Below are positions 1 to 8,273 of a stretch of 64,000 nt of DNA, in pieces; position 1 is the first letter of the stretch; the number at the start of each line of letters is the position of its first letter. Location of the stretch: NCBI GenBank assembly GCA_902763185.1, contig CACWQT010000001.1, forward strand, positions 3,406-67,405, written 5' to 3'. The stretch comes from an uncultured Rhodospirillales bacterium. GTDB taxonomy: Bacteria > Pseudomonadota > Alphaproteobacteria > RF32 > CAG-239. The notes below the pieces were generated by a model that searched no databases, was not told where the DNA came from, and saw only the letters and a list, made by a program, of their open reading frames with translations. A program made the position numbers and the translations under genes.

Positions 1-840
1 TTCCGGATTTTCCGGCAACATAGCCAGTTGCAATTTCATCCTTGTTAAAGGAGTGCGTAGATCATGCGAAACACCGGCTAACATCTGTGTGCGCTCAGAG
101 ATTTGCTTCAAGATACGCTCTTTCATCTTAATAAAAGCTATACCGGCCTTACGCACTTCCGACGAACCATAGGGCTTAAAAGGCGAATCAATACCTTTAC
201 CAAAATCTTCCGCCACTTGCGCCAACGTAGCGATAGAACGCACTTGTATACGTAAAAACAGTGTTGCTACAATAAATAAGAGTAATGATGTGCCAATCAT
301 CCACGCCACAAAGCCAAAAATAGATGTGCTAAAGATATTTTTGGTCGGCGTTTTAAAACGGTATAACCCGTCATTTCTTTCAATTAAAATTATAAGGTCA
401 TTGCGCCCGTTTTCCAGATAAACTGAGGTCATAGAATTCGGAAACTTTTGATGCAATGACTTTTCCAAAAAGCCCGTTACTATCTTATAATCTTTGCCAT
501 AATGTGTGCTGGTTTTAACAGCCAATTGTTCGTCACCCGTGATTTTTTCAAACTCAATACCGTAAGTATTGTTGTATATTTTTTGCATCTCAGAAAGCAT
601 ATCCGGATGTTCACTTGTTAATTCCACCGCATTTACAATATTATTGGTCAAATTGTTAGACAATCTCTTGCCAACCTTTTCCCAGTTGCCGTTAAAGAAT
701 GCCACAACAGATACCACTTGCACCATAATCAATGGAATAAAAATCAATAGCATAGTGCGGAAAAAGAGCTTGCTGGGCAATAACTTTAATTTTAGGTATT
801 GCAATAACCTGTTTGCTTTTTCTGGAAGTGTAATATGCAT
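1..840 (-). CDS. Sensor histidine kinase, EnvZ-like (N-terminal part; 3' end runs off the window)
   Basis: Absent from the ORF track because it is truncated by the window edge. My translation of the minus strand from the ATG at 840-838 gives MHITLPEKANRLLQYLKLKLLPSKLFFRTMLLIFIPLIMVQVV (TM helix). Positions 1-126 read in the same frame as ...RTQMLAGVSHDLRTPLTRMKLQLAMLPENPE (H-box). GGAG at 848-851 serves as RBS. It lies directly downstream of the OmpR-type regulator. Confidence 0.8.
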   Translation of the reverse strand, partial: MHITLPEKANRLLQYLKLKLLPSKLFFRTMLLIFIPLIMVQVVSVVAFFNGNWEKVGKRLSNNLTNNIVNAVELTSEHPDMLSEMQKIYNNTYGIEFEKITGDEQLAVKTSTHYGKDYKIVTGFLEKSLHQKFPNSMTSVYLENGRNDLIILIERNDGLYRFKTPTKNIFSTSIFGFVAWMIGTSLLLFIVATLFLRIQVRSIATLAQVAEDFGKGIDSPFKPYGSSEVRKAGIAFIKMKERILKQISERTQMLAGVSHDLRTPLTRMKLQLAMLPENPE

Positions 841-851
841 TATTTTTCTCC

Positions 852-1541
852 TTATTCTGAAATTAACATATATCCTTTGCCGCGTATGGTTTGTAAGTAG
901 CGCGGATTTTTAGTATCTTGTTCAATTTTTTTGCGTAAGCGCGTAATTTGCACATCCACCGTGCGTAAGCTCTCGGGGCTGCCTAAAACCTCAGCCAATT
1001 CTTCACGTGTATGAACTTCGCCTGTTTTTTTGCCCAATAGATTTAACAAGGTTCTTTCGACGGGGGTAATGTGTATCACTTCGCCTGTTTTATTTATAAG
1101 CTCTCCTTTTGATAAATCATAGGAAACTTGATAAAATGTAAGCTTATTGGCTTGTTCTTTTTTCTCTTCGGTTCTTTTTAAGATATTATTGATACGCAAG
1201 ACCAACTCCCTTGGTTCAAAGGGTTTTGCCACGTAGTCATCTGCGCCGGTTTCCAGCCCTGTTATCCGGTCTTCCGGATCGCCCATTGCCGTTAGCAAAA
1301 TAACAGGAATATTGTTGCCCTCATGTCTGATATTGCGCAAAAACTCCGTGCCGGTAACACGTGGCATCATAATATCTACAATCAGCAAATCAAAAACATA
1401 AATATCTAAAAAAGATTTTGCAACATCTGCATCTTTTGCCGCTGTTGCTAAGAAGCCTTGTTCTCTTAAGTAGCGTTGCAGAAGACTTCTTAACCTTGTA
1501 TCGTCATCCACGACAAGTATGTGCTTTTGTGCTTCTGCCAT
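852..1541 (-). CDS. OmpR-family response regulator (receiver + winged-helix)
   Basis: The receiver motifs ILVVDDD ... DLLIVDIMMP ... ADDYVAKPF are present, and the C-terminus is OmpR/PhoB-like (RTVDVQITRLRKKIE ... IQTIRGKGY). It is paired with the downstream kinase. Confidence 0.9.
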   Translation of the reverse strand: MAEAQKHILVVDDDTRLRSLLQRYLREQGFLATAAKDADVAKSFLDIYVFDLLIVDIMMPRVTGTEFLRNIRHEGNNIPVILLTAMGDPEDRITGLETGADDYVAKPFEPRELVLRINNILKRTEEKKEQANKLTFYQVSYDLSKGELINKTGEVIHITPVERTLLNLLGKKTGEVHTREELAEVLGSPESLRTVDVQITRLRKKIEQDTKNPRYLQTIRGKGYMLISE

Positions 1542-1550
1542 GACAACACC

Positions 1551-2210
1551 CTATTTTTTAGATTTTGCACTTTTTTTCGGTGTTTTTTTGCTGTTTTCAG
1601 ATTTGATATATTCGATACTTTTCTCAAAATATTGGTAACCGGTCACAAAAGTTAAAACGCCCGCAACCCAAAGCAAGATTTCGCCTAAACCACCCCAAAT
1701 AAACCAACCTTTGAAGAAGAGCATAGACAATGCCACCATTTGAAAACCGGTTTTCCATTTTGCTAAGCGCGTTACCGGCAAGCCGACATTTACTTCACGC
1801 AAAAATTCACGAAGCCCAGAAACGAGCAATTCACGACACAAAATGACAAATACCGGAATGTAGCTTATTTTAGAAATAATCGCCACATCTTCACCACCGA
1901 TTTTTACATGCTTAACCAAAATAACAACTAATGCTGTTGCAACCAATAACTTATCTGCAATCGGATCAAGCAAACGACCAAAAGCCGAAACCTCGCCGCG
2001 CGCACGCGCCAATTTACCGTCATAATAATCGGTAACAGACGCGGCAATAAATAAAACACCGGCAAAATAGTTTACAAAACAGAAGTTTGAGTAAGCTGAC
2101 AAAAAAATCAACGGAATGACCGCTATTCTTGATAAGGTCAATATATTAGGCAAATTATACACGACATTTCCCCCATAAAATAGTCTAAATTTATGTAAAT
2201 AATAACTCAT
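1551..2210 (-). CDS. pgsA: CDP-diacylglycerol--glycerol-3-phosphate 3-phosphatidyltransferase
   Basis: CDP-alcohol phosphatidyltransferase motif DYYDGKLAR...G..LDPIADK, polytopic membrane profile, and a Lys-rich C-terminal tail. Confidence 0.85.
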   Translation of the reverse strand: MSYYLHKFRLFYGGNVVYNLPNILTLSRIAVIPLIFLSAYSNFCFVNYFAGVLFIAASVTDYYDGKLARARGEVSAFGRLLDPIADKLLVATALVVILVKHVKIGGEDVAIISKISYIPVFVILCRELLVSGLREFLREVNVGLPVTRLAKWKTGFQMVALSMLFFKGWFIWGGLGEILLWVAGVLTFVTGYQYFEKSIEYIKSENSKKTPKKSAKSKK

Positions 2211-2214
2211 TTTT

Positions 2215-4020
2215 TTATTTATGGAAGAAATTATATATGTTTTCAGCCGTTTTTTTATTTATTCCTGCGACTTTAGCAATGTCATCAACCGACGCATCTT
2301 TGATTGCCTCAACAGAACCGAAGTGATTGAGTAAATCTTTGCGGCGTTTTGCCCCTACCCCATCTATTTCGCTTAAAACTGATTTTACCATTGATTTGGC
2401 GCGTTTTTTACGGTGTGTGCCAATCGCAAAACGGTGCGCTTCATCGCGAAGATTTTGCAAATAAAAAGCTATTGCCGAACGATAAGGTAGTGCAAAGCTT
2501 TCTTTGCCGATTTGGTGATAAAATTCTTTTCCGGCATTGCGGTCAACGCCTTTTGATATTGCTATAATGTTAATGTTGCTTAAATCATAGTCTTTTAAGC
2601 ACTCATGCACAGCGTGGAGTTGCCCCAAGCCACCATCTAACAATATCACATCCGGACGATTTTCTTCTGTCATACCGTCGAATCGGCGTGTTAAAACCTC
2701 TTTCATCATCGCAAAGTCATCATTGGTAATATCTGGATCTTTAATATTAAAAGTGCGATAAGATTTTTTATCAAGCCCCTCAGGGGTTGCTACAACCATC
2801 GCTCCAACGGCATACGAGCCCTGATTATGCGAGTTGTCATAGATTTCTATGCGCTTTGGCAGACATGGCAAGTCAAAATATTGCTGCATTTCTTTTAAGT
2901 TTTCGTGTATACTCTTATTTTCTGCCAAACGCCGCTCTATGGCCGCTGTTGCGTTTTTAACTGCGTTTTCAATCAGTTTATGCTTATCTCCCTTGCTAAA
3001 AGTTTTGATTTTAGTATTTAGGGCTGTTTCCAAAAATTCTTTACCTTCTAAATTTTCGGATATGAATATCTCTTTGGGAACCAAGTGATTGGTATAAAAA
3101 TCGCTTAAAAAAGCTTCTAAAACTTCTGCAGGCGTTGCTTCCTCGGTGCGTTTGATGAAGTATGGGGCATTACCGCAGTTCTGTCCACCGCGCACAAAAA
3201 ATATCTCAATACAACACCAGTTGTCTTTTTCAGCAATACCGATAATGTCAACTGACTGCAAACCGGAATATTCTAAATTTGCATGTGTTTGTATGCCGGT
3301 TAAGGCACGAATCCGCTCGCGGAAGAGAATCGCTTGTTCAAAATTTTCGTCATCACTCGCCTGTTGCATTTTTTTTGATAATTCTGCTTGGATATTGGTG
3401 TTTTTCCCCTCTAAAAAATCTATTACTTCTTTAACTGTTTCGCGATAATCTGCTTTTTTAATTTTACCAACGCAAGGTGCCGAGCAGCGTTTAATCTGAT
3501 ATAGCAGACAAGGGCGTTCACGATTGCTAAAAACATTGTTTCGGCAACTTCTCAGCTGAAATACTTTTTGGATAATGTCCAGAACTTCATTAACCGCCGT
3601 AGCACTGGCATAAGGGCCAAAATATTTGGCATGACCGCTACGATTGCCTCTGAATTTTCTTAAAGCCGGAAATTCCTCATCCAAATTAAGCATTAGATGC
3701 GGGTATGATTTATCGTCTTTGAGCAAAATATTATATTTAGGATGAAGCTTTTTGATCAGCTCATTTTCGACAATCAGCGCCCTATTCTCATTTTCAACTA
3801 TAATAAACTCCATGCGTCTGACTTCCGCCACCATACGTTGAAGTCTTGTTGTTAGTTGCTCTATTCGCGTGTAGGCAACAATACGTTTTTTGATATTTTT
3901 CGCTTTGCCGACATATAAGACCTCGTCATTTTCATTAAGCATACGATAAACACCGGGGGCTTCAGGTGCTATTTTAACATTTTGTTGTAAGATACTTAGT
4001 CCTAATTTGATATCAAACAT
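2215..4020 (-). CDS. uvrC: Excinuclease ABC subunit C
   Basis: GIY-YIG N-terminus (PGVYRMLNENDEVLYVGKAKNIKKR), UvrC central region, and C-terminal HhH (GVGAKRRKDLLNHFGSVEAIKDASVDDIAKVAGI). The ORF extends to 4041, but the ATG at 4020 (MFDIKLG...) sits just after the upstream stop and fits UvrC N-termini better. Confidence 0.93.
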   Translation of the reverse strand: MFDIKLGLSILQQNVKIAPEAPGVYRMLNENDEVLYVGKAKNIKKRIVAYTRIEQLTTRLQRMVAEVRRMEFIIVENENRALIVENELIKKLHPKYNILLKDDKSYPHLMLNLDEEFPALRKFRGNRSGHAKYFGPYASATAVNEVLDIIQKVFQLRSCRNNVFSNRERPCLLYQIKRCSAPCVGKIKKADYRETVKEVIDFLEGKNTNIQAELSKKMQQASDDENFEQAILFRERIRALTGIQTHANLEYSGLQSVDIIGIAEKDNWCCIEIFFVRGGQNCGNAPYFIKRTEEATPAEVLEAFLSDFYTNHLVPKEIFISENLEGKEFLETALNTKIKTFSKGDKHKLIENAVKNATAAIERRLAENKSIHENLKEMQQYFDLPCLPKRIEIYDNSHNQGSYAVGAMVVATPEGLDKKSYRTFNIKDPDITNDDFAMMKEVLTRRFDGMTEENRPDVILLDGGLGQLHAVHECLKDYDLSNINIIAISKGVDRNAGKEFYHQIGKESFALPYRSAIAFYLQNLRDEAHRFAIGTHRKKRAKSMVKSVLSEIDGVGAKRRKDLLNHFGSVEAIKDASVDDIAKVAGINKKTAENIYNFFHK

Positions 4021-4022
4021 CG

Positions 4023-5501
4023 TTAATCCATATACTTCCACTCTTTACCGTTATAAACGCAATAATGCTTTTGATATTGCGGTTTTAAGATATGTAAGTC
4101 CCCCAATCCGGTATAATCATAATATGTGTTGATTAAAGCTGAATCTATTTGATGAACAGGGATACTTTTGCCACGTTGTTCCCAATATGTATTCCAAAAT
4201 ACGCCGGCTGAAACAAGTTTAGGCAGTTTTGTGCGCACTAATTCATTCAAATTATCTTTAGGTGCAACACCAACCTTCTCGCCCAAAACGTCTATTTGCC
4301 CCAGTAATATTGAATAATATCCGGCATCTTTGGCTTTAAGATTATATGTCGCATAATAGCCGTTAATAGCATAATCGCATGGCGTTAAAACATTAAAGGC
4401 ATATTCGTGTCCGGTTTTAGATAATCTGTTTTTTGCTTCCACCGCGTATGTCGTATGATAATTATAAAATACCATAAAGAGCAGATATAAACATAGCAAT
4501 CCGTAACAAGCCTCTTTTCCTTTAGGTAATTTATTTATCAGCATAAATGTCAACATAATCGAAAGCATCAACCAAAAGATGATATAATGCAGAAATGCCG
4601 AAAAATAAAAGAGCTTAAAACAGGCTTCAACAATAAACATTAGGCTATATGTCCGCTCTAATATATTTCCTTTGAATAAAAAATAAAGAGTGGCGATGGC
4701 TGCTATCGGTATAAATATATAATATTCTATGTATTCGGTCGGCGGGTAAACAATACGCTGCTTTTCAAATATCTTCGGAATATACTGATTAAAGATAAAA
4801 TTAGACCGCCAGTAAAGCTCTATCATTTGATGATGATGTAACCACAAGAGAAACAGGCTCAAGCCTATCAGTGGTGCAATTATTGCCTTCATAAACTGTT
4901 TTACTGTGATTTTTTTTATCATCAACCAATAAATAACCAACATTGCCGGCACAATTAAGTGCATTAAAATTTTTTGGGTAAACATAAAGCCAAAGAAAAA
5001 GGCTAAAAAACTTATATTAAGAGATTTTTGGCTTGATGTTTTATCAAATTTAAACAGATAATACAGTCCTATGAAAAAGCACACAAACATAAATGTATCC
5101 GGTCGATAATCCGTTGACCACAAGAGCGAATAAGATGATACGGTTACCGCAGCCACAAACAGTGCTGAAATTTTATCATTTTGATCCAGTAAAAAGATTT
5201 TATAATGATAATATGCAATCAGATAGAGCATAAACACGCCCAAAATATTAAATATTGCAAAAATATGCGGGTTATTTATTAACGCTGCAACAAAAGGGGC
5301 AGATAAATACCATGTTAAAGGATTATGGTGTTGAAAAAAGTCTTTATACGGTATTTTTCCTTGCCAGACCAACCATGAAGTATGCAAGTGTTCCACATTA
5401 TCGCCATTAGCATTAACCACTATTCCATAAATATGGCAACCTACCAAAAACATGGCGATGATATAAAACCACAAAAAGCGGCTTAACCACTTAGTCAACA
5501 T
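4023..5501 (-). CDS. Polytopic membrane protein, putative GT-C fold glycosyltransferase (ArnT/PMT_2-like), paralog 1
   Basis: More than 10 predicted TM helices. The first-loop motif NGDNVEHLHTSWLVWQGKIPYKDFFQHHNPL resembles the D/E-containing loop followed by PY.D....PPL in GT39/GT83-type enzymes, and there is a soluble Cys-containing C-terminal domain. The ORF extends to 5555. The ATG at 5501 (MLTKWLSRF...) gives an 11-nt overlap with the upstream paralog. Confidence 0.55.
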   Translation of the reverse strand: MLTKWLSRFLWFYIIAMFLVGCHIYGIVVNANGDNVEHLHTSWLVWQGKIPYKDFFQHHNPLTWYLSAPFVAALINNPHIFAIFNILGVFMLYLIAYYHYKIFLLDQNDKISALFVAAVTVSSYSLLWSTDYRPDTFMFVCFFIGLYYLFKFDKTSSQKSLNISFLAFFFGFMFTQKILMHLIVPAMLVIYWLMIKKITVKQFMKAIIAPLIGLSLFLLWLHHHQMIELYWRSNFIFNQYIPKIFEKQRIVYPPTEYIEYYIFIPIAAIATLYFLFKGNILERTYSLMFIVEACFKLFYFSAFLHYIIFWLMLSIMLTFMLINKLPKGKEACYGLLCLYLLFMVFYNYHTTYAVEAKNRLSKTGHEYAFNVLTPCDYAINGYYATYNLKAKDAGYYSILLGQIDVLGEKVGVAPKDNLNELVRTKLPKLVSAGVFWNTYWEQRGKSIPVHQIDSALINTYYDYTGLGDLHILKPQYQKHYCVYNGKEWKYMD

Positions 5502-6975
5502 ACATCCACTCCTTTGCAACTTTATCATATACACAATTATGGTGCCGATATTCATATTTCAGCAAATAAAAATCAGGAAATGATGAAGGCATATAATATT
5601 TTTCGATAATATTCGGCGAAATCCGTTGAATTTCCTCAAAATACCCATGATGTTCGGCATAACTGCTTTTATACACACCTCCGAATATTATTTTCGGCAA
5701 ATACTTTACAACCAAATCATCCATTACCGGATGCGGTGCAATACCTAGTTCTTCCCCTACCATATCAACATGCCCAAACATTGACCAATAGTAATGCGGA
5801 TCTTTGTTCATTATAGATTGATTGCCGAAATAACTGCTTAAAACATAATCACAAGGTTTTACATTACGGTCAAGAAGACGGGCGAAACTTCTGTCTTGTC
5901 CTCGCGTGCCATGATAATTCGGCACTGACGTATAGGCATAATATCCGCCAACCACGATAAAAACAAGCAACACATATGGGGCTTTTTCTCTAATCTTCTC
6001 AATTAAAACGCTGTTTAAGCACACCGCATATATCATCAGCGGCAGCATATAATACGGTGCAATTGAAAAATAAAAACAACGTAAAGGCAATTCCACAGCA
6101 AATAAAAATGAAATAACCTTAAAATACGGATTTGCGCTCTTAAAAAAGAAAATAATACTGATAGCTGATAGGCTTATGGAGAAAAACAATGTTTCATGAT
6201 TCATCACATCTATCTTCTTAAATCCATAATATTTTTGCATAATCACATTAAACGGGTAATTAGATTGCCAATAGAGCTTTAAGGTGTCATAGTGATAAAG
6301 CAATGCTACAAATAACAACAAGCAAACAGCAGGCAATATCAATGCGGTTAAAATATCTTTTACAGGACTTTTTTGTTTATAGAAAACACCTAAGCTTGCC
6401 AACCCTAAGAAAAACAGCGGCATAAGTATTTTTTGGGTAAACATAAAGGCAATAAAAAAGCTCATAAAAGCAACACACAGCGCAAATAACTTCATTTCCT
6501 GCCAATAGATAAAGAGAAAATACAGTCCCACAGCATAGAAAAGTGCCATAAACGTATCGGGATTGAAGTTAAAGCAATAGATATAAAAGTATGGCGGACA
6601 AAGAATAAGCAATGAGATTAACGCACTTATTCCACCCACAAAAAAGCGCGCCGCAATTTTATAAACCACCCAAAATGTTGCCACACCTCCCACGATTGAC
6701 ACGGCATGTGCAAAATCAAGCAATCTTAAAAGACTGGTAAAATGTCGGACAATCGGGGCAAAGACATACCATAAAAGCGGATTATGGTGTTGAAAAAAGT
6801 CTTTATACGGCACAGAGCCATAAGCCACGAGCCATGTGGCGTGCAGATGTTCTACATTATCGCCGTTGCCGGTTTCGGTTGCCATAACTGTCCACACACC
6901 AAAGCCTAAGCCATAAATAAGCAAGCTGCAGACAGCAAACCATAAAAAATATTTATAACTGTTTTTTAATGTCAT
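5491..6975 (-). CDS. Polytopic membrane protein, putative GT-C fold glycosyltransferase, paralog 2
   Basis: Clear paralog of 4023-5501: NGDNVEHLHATWLVAYGSVPYKDFFQHHNPL, FMFTQKILMxL, and a C-terminal CDY...YY...VD(M/V)(V/L)GE(E/K)(L/V)G(I/V)AP...NCVY(N/D). The ORF extends to a TTG at 7017. The ATG at 6975 is preceded by GAGGG. Confidence 0.55.
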   Translation of the reverse strand: MTLKNSYKYFLWFAVCSLLIYGLGFGVWTVMATETGNGDNVEHLHATWLVAYGSVPYKDFFQHHNPLLWYVFAPIVRHFTSLLRLLDFAHAVSIVGGVATFWVVYKIAARFFVGGISALISLLILCPPYFYIYCFNFNPDTFMALFYAVGLYFLFIYWQEMKLFALCVAFMSFFIAFMFTQKILMPLFFLGLASLGVFYKQKSPVKDILTALILPAVCLLLFVALLYHYDTLKLYWQSNYPFNVIMQKYYGFKKIDVMNHETLFFSISLSAISIIFFFKSANPYFKVISFLFAVELPLRCFYFSIAPYYMLPLMIYAVCLNSVLIEKIREKAPYVLLVFIVVGGYYAYTSVPNYHGTRGQDRSFARLLDRNVKPCDYVLSSYFGNQSIMNKDPHYYWSMFGHVDMVGEELGIAPHPVMDDLVVKYLPKIIFGGVYKSSYAEHHGYFEEIQRISPNIIEKYYMPSSFPDFYLLKYEYRHHNCVYDKVAKEWMYVD

Positions 6976-7040
6976 TTTTCCCTCATAAGGGGATATTAGC
7001 AACAGATTTGCTGTCAATCAAGCAGAAAATTATCCGCACA

Positions 7041-7073
7041 CAAAAAATCCCCGCCTAATTCATAGGCAGGGAT
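7041..7073 (-). terminator. Rho-independent terminator downstream of the pyrE-like gene
   Basis: Hairpin ATCCCCGCCT / AGGCAGGGAT (one mismatch, 7-nt loop). On the minus strand it is followed by TTTTTTG. Confidence 0.6.
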
Positions 7074-7097
7074 AAAACTTTTTAGTTTTCAAGAGCG

Positions 7098-7739
7098 TTA
7101 GCGGTACTGTTGGCAGAAGGCCTCGATGGCCGGTCTGACATCCTCGGAGAGGAACCCGTATTCAAAGCCGTAGTCAATCACCTCTTGGAATTTGACCAGC
7201 GAATACTTCTTTACCCCGACCGAGATAAACTTCTCGTTCACGGCAGGGAAATCCCAGTCAAAAATTGTGCAGAGAGCTACGACCTCGGCACGCTTGCCAT
7301 TTTCACCCTTACGCAGTGCCTCAACTACCTTCAACGCATTAATACCTGACGTGATAGCATCGTCGACAATCAACACTCTTGTGCCATCTTCGGATAATTC
7401 GCCCTCAATTTGATTGAAGAGTCCGAATTTCTTCGGCTCGCTATGGACCCTAATGAGTGGCAGGGCGCGGCTGTTGGCAATGTTTGATGCCCAGCTTATG
7501 CCCCCGGAAACGACACCGGCAACGGCGTCAAAGTCATGATTGTGTGTGAGGAGGATATGTAGGGCTGAAGCTATGCTACTCCTTGTGCCAAAGTCATTTT
7601 CAAGCACACCCACATTAAACCACAACGGCGATTTGATGTCACCTTTCAGTGTAAAACTGTCTACAACGTTCACACGCACCGCGTTCTGCTGATACATCAG
7701 CTCGCACACACGGTTCTTCGTCTCTTTGATAAAATCCAT
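7098..7739 (-). CDS. Orotate phosphoribosyltransferase-like type I PRTase (Bacillus-type PyrE-like)
   Basis: PRPP-binding motif VLIVDDAITSGINA. It aligns from memory with B. subtilis-type PyrE at IKSPLWFNVG, AGVVSGGISWA and NQIEGEL. The flexible-loop lysines are only partly conserved (SEPKKFGLFN). G+C is markedly elevated (hand count 55/100 at 7098-7197 and 52/100 at 7401-7500). Confidence 0.7.
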   Translation of the reverse strand: MDFIKETKNRVCELMYQQNAVRVNVVDSFTLKGDIKSPLWFNVGVLENDFGTRSSIASALHILLTHNHDFDAVAGVVSGGISWASNIANSRALPLIRVHSEPKKFGLFNQIEGELSEDGTRVLIVDDAITSGINALKVVEALRKGENGKRAEVVALCTIFDWDFPAVNEKFISVGVKKYSLVKFQEVIDYGFEYGFLSEDVRPAIEAFCQQYR

Positions 7740-7920
7740 AATTATTTAAAAAATTTAGTTAATAAAAATACAAATTTCGTTATTTATACCATTTTTTGAG
7801 GGCACTGTCAACTGTTTATCTCAACAAAATTTAAATTATTTAATCCTGACACGGCGATTTTGCGTAATTTTTCCGTTTAAAATCATTTTGGCATCAAAAT
7901 CGCTTCAAAAAATCAGTTTT

Positions 7921-7955
7921 TTTAAATACGCTGTTTAAATACTTTGTTTAAATAC
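7921..7955. repeat. Three direct copies of TTTAAATAC at 13-bp spacing
   Basis: Copies at 7921-7929, 7934-7942 and 7947-7955. A further direct copy lies at 8168-8176 and an inverted copy (GTATTTAAA) at 8111-8119, all in the 530-bp non-coding region upstream of the autotransporter gene. Confidence 0.7.
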
Positions 7956-8126
7956 AGTGACTCTTTAGACGAGTCCCAGCCTATCGTTTAGTGTTTTTCG
8001 TTGATAAAAAGCAAAAATTTAACCACGCTTTAACTCCTTATGTTATATTTTTATCATTGTAGACGTGTAATAAGCGTCTGCACTCGCCAAAATCATTTGG
8101 CTAACGTGTTGTATTTAAACAATTTT

Positions 8127-8156
8127 ATCGGTGCGCACCGATTCGGCAAATTTGCC
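8127..8156. promoter_or_regulatory. Two adjacent perfect palindromes (candidate operator or hairpins)
   Basis: ATCGGTGCGCACCGAT (8127-8142, 16 bp) and GGCAAATTTGCC (8145-8156, 12 bp), read directly from the sequence, about 120 bp upstream of the autotransporter start. Confidence 0.4.
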
Positions 8157-8273
8157 ACAAAAAACACTTTAAATACACCGTTAAAAACCAAAGAAAAGCG
8201 AGATTATTGTAAGAGAGAGTAAATGAGTATGTGTATTAAAATATACTGTTTATTTAAGGAGATAAGCCTTAAG

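Noticed and set aside
569-913. Many 60-160-aa ORFs in the track that lie antisense to, or out of frame within, long conserved genes. Examples: 569-913, 2349-2567, 2849-3088, 3146-3448, 10778-11218, 11324-11620, 14243-14602, 16715-17203, 21088-21465, 39655-39981, 44867-45217, 48830-49162 and 56189-56575.
   Set aside because: These are shadow ORFs. Each is fully contained in a gene with strong family motifs on the other strand or frame. Their translations are low-complexity or Ser/Leu/Ile/Phe-rich, as expected from antisense AT-rich coding DNA, and none has an obvious RBS.
1551-1600. Lys-rich C-terminal tail of PgsA (SENSKKTPKKSAKSKK) as a functional extension
   Set aside because: Short poly-Lys tails arise easily from AAA/AAG drift in AT-rich genomes, and there is nothing further to support a function.
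8040-8222. 60-aa ORF inside the long spacer upstream of the autotransporter
   Set aside because: It has no Shine-Dalgarno sequence and a basic, low-complexity translation. It also overlaps the palindromes and 9-mer motifs, which are better explained as regulatory DNA.
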